This document shows positions 39,382 through 49,943 of a stretch of 64,000 bases of DNA, piece by piece; the stretch's first letter is position 1, and the number at the start of each line of letters is the position of its first letter. The DNA comes from Salinispira sp. (GTDB lineage Bacteria; Spirochaetota; Spirochaetia; DSM-27196; Salinispiraceae): positions 1,472,001-1,536,000 of the forward strand of contig OZ271918.1 of NCBI GenBank assembly GCA_965602015.1, given 5' to 3'. The notes beneath the pieces are model-generated. The model saw only the letters and a list, made by a program, of their open reading frames with translations, did no database searches and had not been told where the DNA came from. A program made the position numbers and the translations under genes.

Positions 39382-40833
39382 CTATTTTACGATAGTGCGG
39401 GTTACTTCTTCGCCGGAGCGAACGGTTCGGAATTCCAGTCTCCGGTCTGAGTCTGCCAGGGCGGCATAAAAGCTTCGCAAATCGCTGACGCTCTCACCGT
39501 TGATTTCGGTAATGACGTCCCCGACAGCGATTCCCGAAACCGCACCCGGGGTCCTCGGGGTTATTACCCTGACAATGACGCCGCTCATGCTCCCGCTGTC
39601 ATCCAGCTGTTCGCGAACCTCACGAGTGAGAGGATATACTGAAAAACCGGGAAAGAGGTCTCGCGACTGGCCTGCTATGACGCTTTCTGCCTCACGGCTG
39701 GTGATGCGCAGCGTCAATTCACGCTCCTCCCCGTTTCGCAGAAGCTCAAACTTCGCCTGGTCACCGGCGACAAGTCTACCCACTTCACGTACCAGCTCAT
39801 CGGAGCTTGTGATCTTTTTATCATTAATCCCGATAATAAAATCACCGGGGAGAATGCCCCCCCGGCCGGCGGGAGAAGTCTGGTACACCGAGGTCACCAG
39901 GGCTCCGTTCAGGTCTTGAAGTGAGAGGCTCTCGGCGATTTCTTCTACAATGCTCACGATCTGCACACCGAGCCATCCGTACTGAACCTGCCCGTCAGCG
40001 ATAAAATCATCGATGGCGCGCTTAACATTGTTCACGGGAATGGAAAAACCCAAACCGATGTTGCCCCCGGTTTGGGAGCTGATCCAGGTGTTTATACCCA
40101 CGACTTCGCCGTAAATATTGACCAGCGCGCCACCCGAATTGCCCCGGTTTATCGAAGCATCGGTCTGGATAAAATCGCTGATATTGTCGTCGGGCCCGCC
40201 GCTTCGCCCGAGGGCGGAAACGATTCCTGCGGTGACAGTGGACTGAAAGCCGAGGGGGCTTCCCATTGCCAGTACCCAGTCGCCGACCTGAAGGCTGTCG
40301 GAGTCCCCCAGAACGGCCACTGCGATATCCCGCTCCCGGCTGCTGAACTCAACCAGTGCGAGGTCCTGGCGGATATCCCGACCCACCAGGCTTGCGGTGT
40401 AATCCCGGCCATCATCAAGCCTTACGGTTATTTCCTGAGCATCGCCGATGACATGGGCATTGGTCAGCACAAAGTGACGATTACCGTCCCGGCGAACAAT
40501 AACTCCGGAACCCAGACCTTCGCTTCTGAACTCCCGTTCTCCGTCATTTTGCCCAAAGAAGAATTCCCAGAACGGCATGGTTCCTTCGCCCTGGGGGGTC
40601 TGCACATTTCGTACTTCCACCACATCAATACGCACCACTGCCGGGAGCACCGACTGTGCGACCTGCCGGAATGAGTTTTGCATTCCCTCCAGGTCCATAA
40701 TTACCGGGGCACTGACGCGTACCGGGGCTTCCTGACTGCTTGTGGTTTCTCCGGGCGAAAAACAGGCAGATAATAAAAATAAAACAGCCAACAGGCCTAT
40801 GGCTGAAAAAACTCTTACGCGTACTGATTTCAT
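39382..40833 (-). CDS. htrA: DegP/HtrA serine protease with two PDZ domains
   Basis: GLGSGVI, LTNAHV, DLAL, IQTDASINRGNSGGAL, GWLGV; possible LSAC lipobox. Confidence 0.95.
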   Translation of the reverse strand: MKSVRVRVFSAIGLLAVLFLLSACFSPGETTSSQEAPVRVSAPVIMDLEGMQNSFRQVAQSVLPAVVRIDVVEVRNVQTPQGEGTMPFWEFFFGQNDGEREFRSEGLGSGVIVRRDGNRHFVLTNAHVIGDAQEITVRLDDGRDYTASLVGRDIRQDLALVEFSSRERDIAVAVLGDSDSLQVGDWVLAMGSPLGFQSTVTAGIVSALGRSGGPDDNISDFIQTDASINRGNSGGALVNIYGEVVGINTWISSQTGGNIGLGFSIPVNNVKRAIDDFIADGQVQYGWLGVQIVSIVEEIAESLSLQDLNGALVTSVYQTSPAGRGGILPGDFIIGINDKKITSSDELVREVGRLVAGDQAKFELLRNGEERELTLRITSREAESVIAGQSRDLFPGFSVYPLTREVREQLDDSGSMSGVIVRVITPRTPGAVSGIAVGDVITEINGESVSDLRSFYAALADSDRRLEFRTVRSGEEVTRTIVK

Positions 40834-40863
40834 GCTCACTCCTCTGTGTGCCGGGCCGCAGTG

Positions 40864-41625
40864 TTACGGCGCTTTTTTCTCTCTGAGGGTGAGGATTTCC
40901 GTGTGATCCCGATGTATGGCGATGGTATGCTCGAAATGGGCTGATACGGCGTCATCCCGGGTAACTACAGTCCATTCGTCGTCGAGAACCCTCACGGCAT
41001 CGCCGCCGAGATTGATCATGGGTTCAATAGCCAGAACCATTCCCGGCTTGAGCCGAGGGTTTGGTCCCGAGCCGGGATAATTGGGAACGCTGGGCTCTTC
41101 GTGCACATCGAGTCCAACTCCGTGGCCCGAATATTCCCGGACAACGCCGTAGCCCTGCGTACGGGTATGCTTGTATACCGCGGTGGAAATATCCTTGACC
41201 CGATTGCCTGCCCGCGCCGCGTCGATTCCCTTGTACAGACTCTCTTCGGTGATTTTTAGCAGCTTTGCAACCTCAGCCGAAACATCCCCGACGGGGAAGG
41301 TGTATGCACTGTCGGAAATAAATCCGTCGAGGCTGATACCGCAGTCGATGGAAATAACATCGCCGCTTCTCAAGGGTCGGTTATCGGGAATTCCGTGTAT
41401 GACGGCGGAATTCACCGAAGTGCACAGGGTAGCCGGAAATCCTCCATAGCCGAGAAAGGCGGGTATACCGTTGTTGTCCACAATGAACTCATGGCAGAGG
41501 GAATCGAGCTTCTTCGGGGTCACACCCTCGCGAATCTCCGATTCCACCATATCGAACATTGTTGCCAGAAGTCGGCAGGACCGGCGAATGCCGGCTATTT
41601 GCTCATCGTTTTTTACCCGAATCAT
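40864..41625 (-). CDS. map: methionine aminopeptidase type I
   Basis: CTSVN..VIHGIP, GHGVG..VHEEP, AIEPM, SAHFEHT. Confidence 0.97.
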   Translation of the reverse strand: MIRVKNDEQIAGIRRSCRLLATMFDMVESEIREGVTPKKLDSLCHEFIVDNNGIPAFLGYGGFPATLCTSVNSAVIHGIPDNRPLRSGDVISIDCGISLDGFISDSAYTFPVGDVSAEVAKLLKITEESLYKGIDAARAGNRVKDISTAVYKHTRTQGYGVVREYSGHGVGLDVHEEPSVPNYPGSGPNPRLKPGMVLAIEPMINLGGDAVRVLDDEWTVVTRDDAVSAHFEHTIAIHRDHTEILTLREKKAP

Positions 41626-41649
41626 GAAATCCTCATTAAAAAAATAGTG

Positions 41650-43380
41650 CTATTCCCGGCGCGCAGCAATCATTTCCTCAACCCGGGGTAGAAGAATATG
41701 ACGGGCGCCGGCGGCGCGGATTCGATTAATATACTCCCGGGCTCCGGCCATGTCATCGAGCAAGGCCAGGCTCATCGCGAGGTAAACTCTGACCTCTACC
41801 ATCTGACGGTACCATGATGAACCGGGATAATCCGAGAGTCCTCCTGAGTAGGAAGCTATCAGGTCTTCGGCCCTCAGCAGATAATCTCTTGCCAGAGACG
41901 GCCGTCGTTCTGCCAACTCCATGAGCCCGAGATTGTAAAACCCCTCTGGACGCCCGGCCTCTCCGGCAAAGGCGAAACTCCGCCGCGCCTGGTCTGTATC
42001 CCGCCCCAGCACTGAGAGGTACCCCGAATATAGTTCCAGGCTGCCGTCGTACACAGCGCTGTAGCGGTTGAGAAGCACTTCGATGCCACGGCGGTCATCT
42101 TGAATTGAAAGCAGATACAACAGAAGGTTCCTTGATTCGGCGTCCGAAGGGGCGGCGTTGATCCGGTCCCAAAGCCGCAGCGATAAATCTACTATATCGA
42201 TGCTTCGCTCGCCTGCAGAGCCGGAGTCCAGATAGCTGGTTAAGAGCCGGTAGAACCCCATATCGAAATTTTCCGGAAAGCGGCTGATCTGGGGAATAAA
42301 ATCCAGTTCAGAAGCTTCATCCCGGGTCACCGCAGCGCTCAAACCACGGGCAAGTACCTCCGGGTCATTTCCGTAGAGCTCGAAAGTCCTGCGATACAGC
42401 TCCCGGAAATCCCTGGAGCCCGAAGTCTCCTGTGAGTCTATACCGAGAGAGCCGTGCATTCGAAGAAGATTGAGAACGCTTATGCGGGAATCATCGGGAT
42501 GCCGGTCAGTGACCTGATGATGAAGCTCATATGCCCGTGCCGCATCTCCCGAAAAAAAATACATATCGGCGAGGCTTTGCATGGTCGACGCCTGAAGCCC
42601 GACCTCGGTGGGGAGCAGCGCAGCGAGATTTTGGACCTCAGAGAACATGCGCGAATCATATGCGAGATTCAACAGAACGGCGGCGTCGGAATCGCCGGAC
42701 AGCAGACTCCCCCGGGCTGAGAGGATATCATAAGCTTCCTGAATACGGCCTCGGCTTGCCAGTAACAGAGATCCGTTGACGAAGTATCGAATATCTCCTG
42801 TTAGCTGACCCGCCTCGAACATGGCGAAGGGATCTGACATAGCCACAGGCGTCAGGGGTAACTGGACTCCCTGAAGCACCCCCTCAAGCCCGTGTCGTTC
42901 AAGCGATCTACCGCTGCGTAAAAAAGCCTCTGCGACGAGGCCAAGATAGCGGCGCCCCTCCAGGCCCTCGGCGATTATTGAAGCCCGCATTGCTTCGTCG
43001 CCGTCGAGAAGGCGGTCGACCAGCAAGGCGCGGATAACATCATTTCCCGGGTATGCGTCGAAACCCCGATCAATGGCACGGGAATACAGGGCGGAATCGC
43101 CGAGGGACTCCCGAAGCAGATCGGCCCGGGAAATTATCGCGAGATAATCCCGGGGAGAGTTGGCGAAGGCAAGGCTGTTGCCAAGCAGTTCAAGGGCTTC
43201 GGCTACCCGTTCCTCCCGGATTAGTACATCAGCCAGGCGCAAATTTCGGGATAAAGCGACATCGCTTCGAATGGTGCCGAGACTGGCTACAATCAGGATG
43301 ATAATGGCGGCGGAAAGGCCGAGTGAGGTGAGGATTACCGCAGCGCGGTTTTCAGAAATAACATCCCCAAATTTACTCAC
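41650..43380 (-). CDS. membrane-anchored TPR-like protein
   Basis: N-terminal TM, helical repeats, GFYNLG; lies between nusB and map. Confidence 0.7.
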   Translation of the reverse strand: MSKFGDVISENRAAVILTSLGLSAAIIILIVASLGTIRSDVALSRNLRLADVLIREERVAEALELLGNSLAFANSPRDYLAIISRADLLRESLGDSALYSRAIDRGFDAYPGNDVIRALLVDRLLDGDEAMRASIIAEGLEGRRYLGLVAEAFLRSGRSLERHGLEGVLQGVQLPLTPVAMSDPFAMFEAGQLTGDIRYFVNGSLLLASRGRIQEAYDILSARGSLLSGDSDAAVLLNLAYDSRMFSEVQNLAALLPTEVGLQASTMQSLADMYFFSGDAARAYELHHQVTDRHPDDSRISVLNLLRMHGSLGIDSQETSGSRDFRELYRRTFELYGNDPEVLARGLSAAVTRDEASELDFIPQISRFPENFDMGFYRLLTSYLDSGSAGERSIDIVDLSLRLWDRINAAPSDAESRNLLLYLLSIQDDRRGIEVLLNRYSAVYDGSLELYSGYLSVLGRDTDQARRSFAFAGEAGRPEGFYNLGLMELAERRPSLARDYLLRAEDLIASYSGGLSDYPGSSWYRQMVEVRVYLAMSLALLDDMAGAREYINRIRAAGARHILLPRVEEMIAARRE

Positions 43381-43402
43381 GGTACAGCCCTCCGGTGGAC
43401 AA

Positions 43403-43810
43403 TCACTTATTCGCTTTTATGGCGTCGAGCACCCCATTAATAATTCGAAAGGTCTGTTGGGAACCAAAATCCTTGGCTATCTCTACAGCCTCGTTAATTA
43501 TGATCTGGCGCGGGGTGTCGGAACTGAACATCAGCTCATATGCCCCTACCCTCATTATTGCAAGATCGACCTTGTTTAAGCGCTCAAATTCCCAGTGTTC
43601 CAGGTGGGATCGGATTTGACCGTCGATGTCGTCTAAATTTTCAACAATGCCGTGCAGCAGAAGGCGGGAAAAAAGAAGCCGGTCATCCCGGTCATCGCCG
43701 CTATAGTCATACCAGGGAAAGTCCATCAGACTGCCCATATCCTGCCGGTTAAACTCCTGGCTGTACAACGCTTGAACAACCAGGACCCGGCTTTTACGTC
43801 GTGAGAGCAT
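43403..43810 (-). CDS. nusB: transcription antitermination factor NusB
   Basis: RRKSR..VQALY, VDLAIMR, INEAVEIAKDFG, INGVLD. Confidence 0.96.
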   Translation of the reverse strand: MLSRRKSRVLVVQALYSQEFNRQDMGSLMDFPWYDYSGDDRDDRLLFSRLLLHGIVENLDDIDGQIRSHLEHWEFERLNKVDLAIMRVGAYELMFSSDTPRQIIINEAVEIAKDFGSQQTFRIINGVLDAIKANK

Positions 43811-43818
43811 GTACGTTC

Positions 43819-44868
43819 CTACCAGGGAAGATTCTGTTCAACAATCCGAATCTCGGCCTCTTCCCGGAGTTCCTCGATAATCTCATTGAGGGCGGTGACC
43901 AGCGCTTCCTGCTGCTTCTGACTCATGATGAACTGGACAATATTCTGCCGAACGGTGACGCTCTGACCGGGGAACAGGGGATCGGTAAGTTCAAGAAGCC
44001 GGGGTCTGCGCCGATCATTTACCCGCACGATGTGGAATCCCGAGACAGATTCCATTACCTGGGAAATGCTGCCCTGCTGCATGGCCAGAACCGCCTGAAC
44101 AAAGCTCTGGCCGAGACTGGCAACTGCGCTTTGATCTCCGTTAATTACGTATCCCAAATCCCCGCCGCTGAAGTCGGGATCATCCAGGCTTTCGCGGATA
44201 ATCGCATCGAATTCGCCGCTCCCGCCGTTCCTGATGCGGCGGGAAAACTGGTCCATCCGGTTGCGGGCGTCGGTCCTCTGAGCGTCGCTCAACCCTCTGG
44301 TGGGAATAAATATATGGCTGACGCCGCTCATTGCTGGACTGAGAAAGCTGCTTGCATTTTGCTCGTAGACCGCTTCAATTTCGGCCTGGGTAGGTCGGCT
44401 GATATTCTGGCCGATGTTGGGCCGGGCGAATACCAGGTATTTTTCCTGCAGTATACGTCCTTCGAGCTGCTGTAGGTAGCGCTCCCAGCTCAAGCCGGTC
44501 TGCTGTTGCACAAGTTGGCGGTACTGTTCATCGCTTACCTGGGCTCCCAGACTCTGTTTCTGTAGGGCCAGGGCGTTCTGTATTTCCAGATCCGAAGCTT
44601 GGAGGCCAGCTCTTTCGGCGGCCTGCTGAATCAGTATGCTGTTGATTCGCGACTCCAGAATCTCGTTCTTCTGATCGGCGTTCAGCTGGCCGCCAAGTTG
44701 GGTTTCCAGAAGGCGGATTTGATTGAGCAGCTCCCGTTCATAGACTACTTCGGTATCCGTCAGCCTGACTGTGGCGAGGGTCTTGTCCAACAGCTGAGCG
44801 CTGAGCCCGGAAGTAAATAGCAGTAGGAAGAGGATGAGAATTGATAGTATCCGTGTTGATGTTTTCAT
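43819..44868 (-). CDS. SurA-like periplasmic chaperone / parvulin PPIase
   Basis: Signal peptide, SurA-N-like helical region, SHIFI...GGDLGY...SGFHIV, LREEAEI. Confidence 0.85.
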   Translation of the reverse strand: MKTSTRILSILILFLLLFTSGLSAQLLDKTLATVRLTDTEVVYERELLNQIRLLETQLGGQLNADQKNEILESRINSILIQQAAERAGLQASDLEIQNALALQKQSLGAQVSDEQYRQLVQQQTGLSWERYLQQLEGRILQEKYLVFARPNIGQNISRPTQAEIEAVYEQNASSFLSPAMSGVSHIFIPTRGLSDAQRTDARNRMDQFSRRIRNGGSGEFDAIIRESLDDPDFSGGDLGYVINGDQSAVASLGQSFVQAVLAMQQGSISQVMESVSGFHIVRVNDRRRPRLLELTDPLFPGQSVTVRQNIVQFIMSQKQQEALVTALNEIIEELREEAEIRIVEQNLPW

Positions 44869-44878
44869 AATGTGTACC

Positions 44879-45703
44879 TTATCGCCGTACCGAAAATGAG
44901 TTTCGGCCCAGCTTTTTCTCCAATGTTTTTAAACCTGCCAATCGCGGGTTCATGGTTTGGGCTTCCTGAAAAAAGAAGCGGGCTTTTTTACTGTCCCCCG
45001 CTTCGAGATATAATTCGGAAAGCTTTTTCATATATACCGCCCGTTCTTTAACCGGTAACGGCAATTGGGCAATCTGTAATACAAAATCTACCTGTTGGGC
45101 CAAGGTTACACGGTTGGTCATTTTCTGGGTAAGCAGGATACGCATCCTGTCGAGCACTTCCTGAAAAAAGTGTTTGAAATACGGCCGCTCGAGCTCAAAT
45201 TCAATCAGGGTTTTGAAAAGATTGAATGCGCCGGGAAATTTTCCCGAATCCTGGTACTCTTCGGCTATCAGAAATGCACAATCCATGAAGTCTTCCCGGT
45301 CCAAGTGCTGACTCAGATCAAAGCCCTTTTCCCTGACCAGCGTATCGTAAAGATCAAGAGCCTCCCGTTCATGGGCATGGAGCAAATCAAAAAAAATCAG
45401 TTTACCCGCCGAATCCGGATCGGATAGGCGGCTTTGAAGGAAGTCGCGATAGTCGAATCCGCCTTCGGGAAATGCCCGTCGATATTGAACGTCGTATTCA
45501 TCCCGCAGCTCATCGTTTATAAGGGTCTCATAGGCGCTGAGAAGTTCACGCATGGCGCCGAGGGTTTTGCTGTCGTCCGCATTGGTGTCGGGGTGGATTT
45601 CCTTGGCCCGAAGCCGGAATGCCCTCTTGATTGCATCCCGGGATGCCTCCGGGGAGATCTGAAGAATCTCATAATAATCCGGAAGACCCTTGCTGTACTT
45701 CAT
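44879..45703 (-). CDS. J-domain protein with helical/TPR-like C-terminus
   Basis: DYYEILQI, IKRAFR, HPD, AYETL...R.EYD. Confidence 0.88.
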   Translation of the reverse strand: MKYSKGLPDYYEILQISPEASRDAIKRAFRLRAKEIHPDTNADDSKTLGAMRELLSAYETLINDELRDEYDVQYRRAFPEGGFDYRDFLQSRLSDPDSAGKLIFFDLLHAHEREALDLYDTLVREKGFDLSQHLDREDFMDCAFLIAEEYQDSGKFPGAFNLFKTLIEFELERPYFKHFFQEVLDRMRILLTQKMTNRVTLAQQVDFVLQIAQLPLPVKERAVYMKKLSELYLEAGDSKKARFFFQEAQTMNPRLAGLKTLEKKLGRNSFSVRR

Positions 45704-46116
45704 TTTTCGATTGCGAGTCTTTTGCCGATTTCTCGGGCTACGGCTTCATCCTGAACGACATCGGAATACTTTATAAACATTCCCTCACCTTCCATCGCCG
45801 CCATAAGGTTGGTCAGCGATTTACCGGCCAGGATGGGCCTGGGGAGGATGAAGGCAAAACAGCGTTTGCCTGAAACCATCCCGGCATTTTTCAGGAACCT
45901 GTTTACCTGTTCCGGCAGTTTGGAGGAGAACGCTGATGTGAATTGCGCTCCGATGGCGAGGTACTGATAGACGCTGAGTTTCGAATTGACGTCCATTCCG
46001 GCGTCGATGATATCGACCTGATGTCCCTGGCCCTCAATACCCTGCGCCAGAGCTTTGCTGATTTTTGCGATCTTTTCCCGTTTGGATCCGGGAAAATATA
46101 CAACCGCTACTCTCAT
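45700..46116 (-). CDS. flavodoxin-like fold hypothetical protein
   Basis: MRVAVVY..ALAQGIE.QGHQVDIID alpha/beta pattern; lacks the canonical SxTGNT loop; GAGGAG RBS. Confidence 0.6.
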   Translation of the reverse strand: MRVAVVYFPGSKREKIAKISKALAQGIEGQGHQVDIIDAGMDVNSKLSVYQYLAIGAQFTSAFSSKLPEQVNRFLKNAGMVSGKRCFAFILPRPILAGKSLTNLMAAMEGEGMFIKYSDVVQDEAVAREIGKRLAIEK

Positions 46117-46201
46117 GGAGAACTCCTCATTGTCGCTGGGGTAAGTATAGGGGAAACAGGCGGGAGCGATAAGTTACATACGCTCCCGTCGCGGAACCAT
46201 T

Positions 46202-46537
46202 TTACTCGGCGTCTGACGCATCCTCGGGGGTAACCCACCATTCGGTGGCAGTCGCACCCTGCTCTGCCTGACGGGCAGCGGCTTCAATGTCACCGCCGCT
46301 GTCGCTCCGGTTCACCCAGGCAAGGCCCAGACTGCTGAGCAGGAAAATAACACCGAGAACCGTAGTGGTTCTGGTCAGAAAATTACCCTTCCGGTTTCCG
46401 ATCTGACCCGACATTCCTCCGCCGCCGAAAATTCCTCCGATGCCCTCACCCTGTTCGTCCTGAATGAGAACGACCAGAAGAAGCAGTACGGCAGAAATCG
46501 CGAAGATAATAAGAAGTAAAATTGATAGTGCAGCCAT
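46202..46537 (-). CDS. secG: preprotein translocase subunit SecG
   Basis: VLIQDEQGEGIGGIFGGG, NFLTRTT; directly after tpiA. Confidence 0.93.
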   Translation of the reverse strand: MAALSILLLIIFAISAVLLLLVVLIQDEQGEGIGGIFGGGGMSGQIGNRKGNFLTRTTTVLGVIFLLSSLGLAWVNRSDSGGDIEAAARQAEQGATATEWWVTPEDASDAE

Positions 46538-46551
46538 AAAATATCCTTAAC

Positions 46552-46590
46552 AAAAAAATAAGCGCCATCGCCGCATGTGCAGCGATGGCG
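46552..46590 (-). terminator. hairpin/terminator after tpiA
   Basis: CGCCATCGC..GCGATGGCG stem followed by CTTATTTTTTT on the minus strand. Confidence 0.6.
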
Positions 46591-46613
46591 AAAATACTGA
46601 TTAAATCAGGCTA

Positions 46614-47366
46614 TTACTTATCAAATTTCGCGATGGCTGTAAAGTCCTCAGTCTTCAGGCTGGCGCCTCCGACCAAGGCACCGTCGATGTTTGCCATGCC
46701 CATAAGATCAACCACATTGCCGGGTTTTACCGAACCGCCGTACTGAATAAGCATGCTGTCAGCGGCATTTTGTGAGTAGGCTTCTTCGAGAACCCTGCGG
46801 ATAAAGGCGTGAACATCGTCGGCATCCTGAGGAGTTGCGGTCTTTCCTGTGCCAATTGCCCATACGGGTTCATAGGCTATGGTCACCTTGGCCAGGTCTG
46901 ACTCGCTTACATCCTTGAGTCCTTCGATGGTCTGGGTTTTGACAACGGTCTCAAGCTTTCCGGCCTCCCTTTCCTCCAAGGTTTCCCCGACGCAGAGGAT
47001 TACTTCAAGACCCTTTTTGATGGCTAAACGCACCTTGCGGTTAATAAACTCATCAGTTTCGCCGTACAGCGCCCGGCGCTCCGAGTGCCCGAGAATGACA
47101 ACACGCACGCCGGCATCCAGAAGCATGTCGGGACTGACTTCACCGGTATGAGCGCCGGACTCCGAATCGGACATGTTTTGAGCGCCCACCAGTACGTTGC
47201 TGCCCTCAAGCGCCTTTGCGACAGCGGGAATTGCGATAAAACTCGGGGAGACAAGCAGTTTATGCTTTACATCTCCAAGGGCTTCCCGAAGTTCAGAGGC
47301 AAACGCCGCTGCTTCACTGGGCGTCTTGTTCATTTTCCAGTTGCCAGCTAAATAATACGATCTCAT
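46614..47366 (-). CDS. tpiA: triosephosphate isomerase
   Basis: AGNWKMN, GHSERR, AYEPVWAIGTG, YGGSV, LVGGASL. Confidence 0.98.
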   Translation of the reverse strand: MRSYYLAGNWKMNKTPSEAAAFASELREALGDVKHKLLVSPSFIAIPAVAKALEGSNVLVGAQNMSDSESGAHTGEVSPDMLLDAGVRVVILGHSERRALYGETDEFINRKVRLAIKKGLEVILCVGETLEEREAGKLETVVKTQTIEGLKDVSESDLAKVTIAYEPVWAIGTGKTATPQDADDVHAFIRRVLEEAYSQNAADSMLIQYGGSVKPGNVVDLMGMANIDGALVGGASLKTEDFTAIAKFDK

Positions 47367-47438
47367 ACTTATCTCCTGAAATCCGGTCTTTTCTCGCCCC
47401 GGAAAAAAACAACGGGGAGAACGACCGGCTTAATAGTG

Positions 47439-48614
47439 TTACTTTAGCGCTGCGATACCCGGGAGGTCCTTGCCCTCGAGAAACTCAAGACTCGCACCTC
47501 CGCCGGTGGAAACATGGCTCATTTTGCCAGCGAGGCCGAATTTATTGGCAGCTGCTACCGAATCGCCGCCGCCGACAACGGATACGGCGTCAGCATCTGC
47601 AATGGCCTGTGCCACAGCCTTTGTCCCGGTGGCAAAGTTATCAAACTCAAAAACCCCCATCGGTCCGTTCCAGACGATGGACTTTGCCTTGGAAATGACC
47701 TCTACGCATCGGGCGATGCTCTTGGGGCCGATGTCCATGGCGATTTTATCAGCGGGCACGTCGACCGAGTCCACGGCCTCGGGTGCGGCATTCTCATCGA
47801 ACTGGGCGGCGACTACGTGGTCAACCGGAAGAATTACATCAACCCCGGCTTTCTCAGCTTCTCTCAACAGCTTTTTGGCGGTTTCCAGATAATCTTCTTC
47901 GAGAAGGGATTTTCCAATTTCAAAGCCCTGGGCCTTGAGGAAGGTGTACGTCATGCCGCCGCCGATTATAAGGCTCTTGCATTTGGGAAGAAGACTTTCG
48001 AGAACACCGATTTTTGATGAAACTTTGGCACCGCCGACAACCGCAACCATGGGCTGCTGAGGGCTGGTGACAAAGGGCTCGAGGAACCGCACTTCCTTCT
48101 CAATAAGAAGCCCGGCAAACGCCGGCATTTTGCGGGCCAGCCCTTCGGTGGACGCATGCGCCCGGTGAGCCGTGCCAAACGCATCATTAACAAACACTTC
48201 ACCGAACTTGGAAAGTTTTTCGACGAAGTCGGGATCATTTTTCTCTTCGCCCTTGTACCAGCGCACGTTTTCCAGAAGCAGCACTTCGCCGGCCTTGAGG
48301 TCGGACACCATGGTTTCCACCTCCGGGCCGATGACGTCGGGAGCCATTTTAACTTCCTTATTCAGGAGTTCGGCCAGTCGTTTGGCCACGGGAGCAAGGC
48401 TGAACTCAGGCTTTTTTTCGCCTTTTGGCCGCCCAAGGTGGCTCATAAGAACCAGGGACGCGCCGGCGTTTAGAATAGCTTCAATCGTGGGCAGAGCCGC
48501 TCGAATCCGGGTGTCGTCACCGACTACACCGTCCTTGAGGGGGACATTGAAGTCCACCCGGGAAAGCACTTTTTTTCCCTTCAGATCTGCATCGTTTATA
48601 GTTTTTACTGACAT
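47439..48614 (-). CDS. pgk: phosphoglycerate kinase
   Basis: RVDFNVP, SHLGRP, NDAFGTAHRAHAS, WNGPMGVFE, STGGGASLE. Confidence 0.98.
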   Translation of the reverse strand: MSVKTINDADLKGKKVLSRVDFNVPLKDGVVGDDTRIRAALPTIEAILNAGASLVLMSHLGRPKGEKKPEFSLAPVAKRLAELLNKEVKMAPDVIGPEVETMVSDLKAGEVLLLENVRWYKGEEKNDPDFVEKLSKFGEVFVNDAFGTAHRAHASTEGLARKMPAFAGLLIEKEVRFLEPFVTSPQQPMVAVVGGAKVSSKIGVLESLLPKCKSLIIGGGMTYTFLKAQGFEIGKSLLEEDYLETAKKLLREAEKAGVDVILPVDHVVAAQFDENAAPEAVDSVDVPADKIAMDIGPKSIARCVEVISKAKSIVWNGPMGVFEFDNFATGTKAVAQAIADADAVSVVGGGDSVAAANKFGLAGKMSHVSTGGGASLEFLEGKDLPGIAALK

Positions 48615-48738
48615 GGGATCACCTCTCGATCATGGTATTGGGGTATTGGCAGGTCGGCACATGCCCCGGAACTGTCGGGGGATCTGCGGACTCCAGGATC
48701 AATCATCGGGGAACACCGTGGACGCTCATCCTGGGAAG

Positions 48739-48772
48739 AAAAAAGGCCGGCCTCCGGAAGCGGAGGCCAGCC
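48739..48772 (-). terminator. intrinsic terminator after gap
   Basis: GGCTGGCCTCCG-CTTC-CGGAGGCCGGCC followed by TTTTTT on the minus strand. Confidence 0.85.
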
Positions 48773-48785
48773 TGGCAGTACTGTC

Positions 48786-49799
<1,014 letters not shown>

Positions 49800-49943
49800 T
49801 TATCGGTCCCCCTGTTTTGGATTATGGTGGTTATCATCGACGTTTTTACACAAGAACTGTTAAAAGTCAATGAATGGGATTCGGTTAAATTGTAATAAAT
49901 TTCCGAAACTTATACAAGTAGCATATGGATAATTATTTATCGA

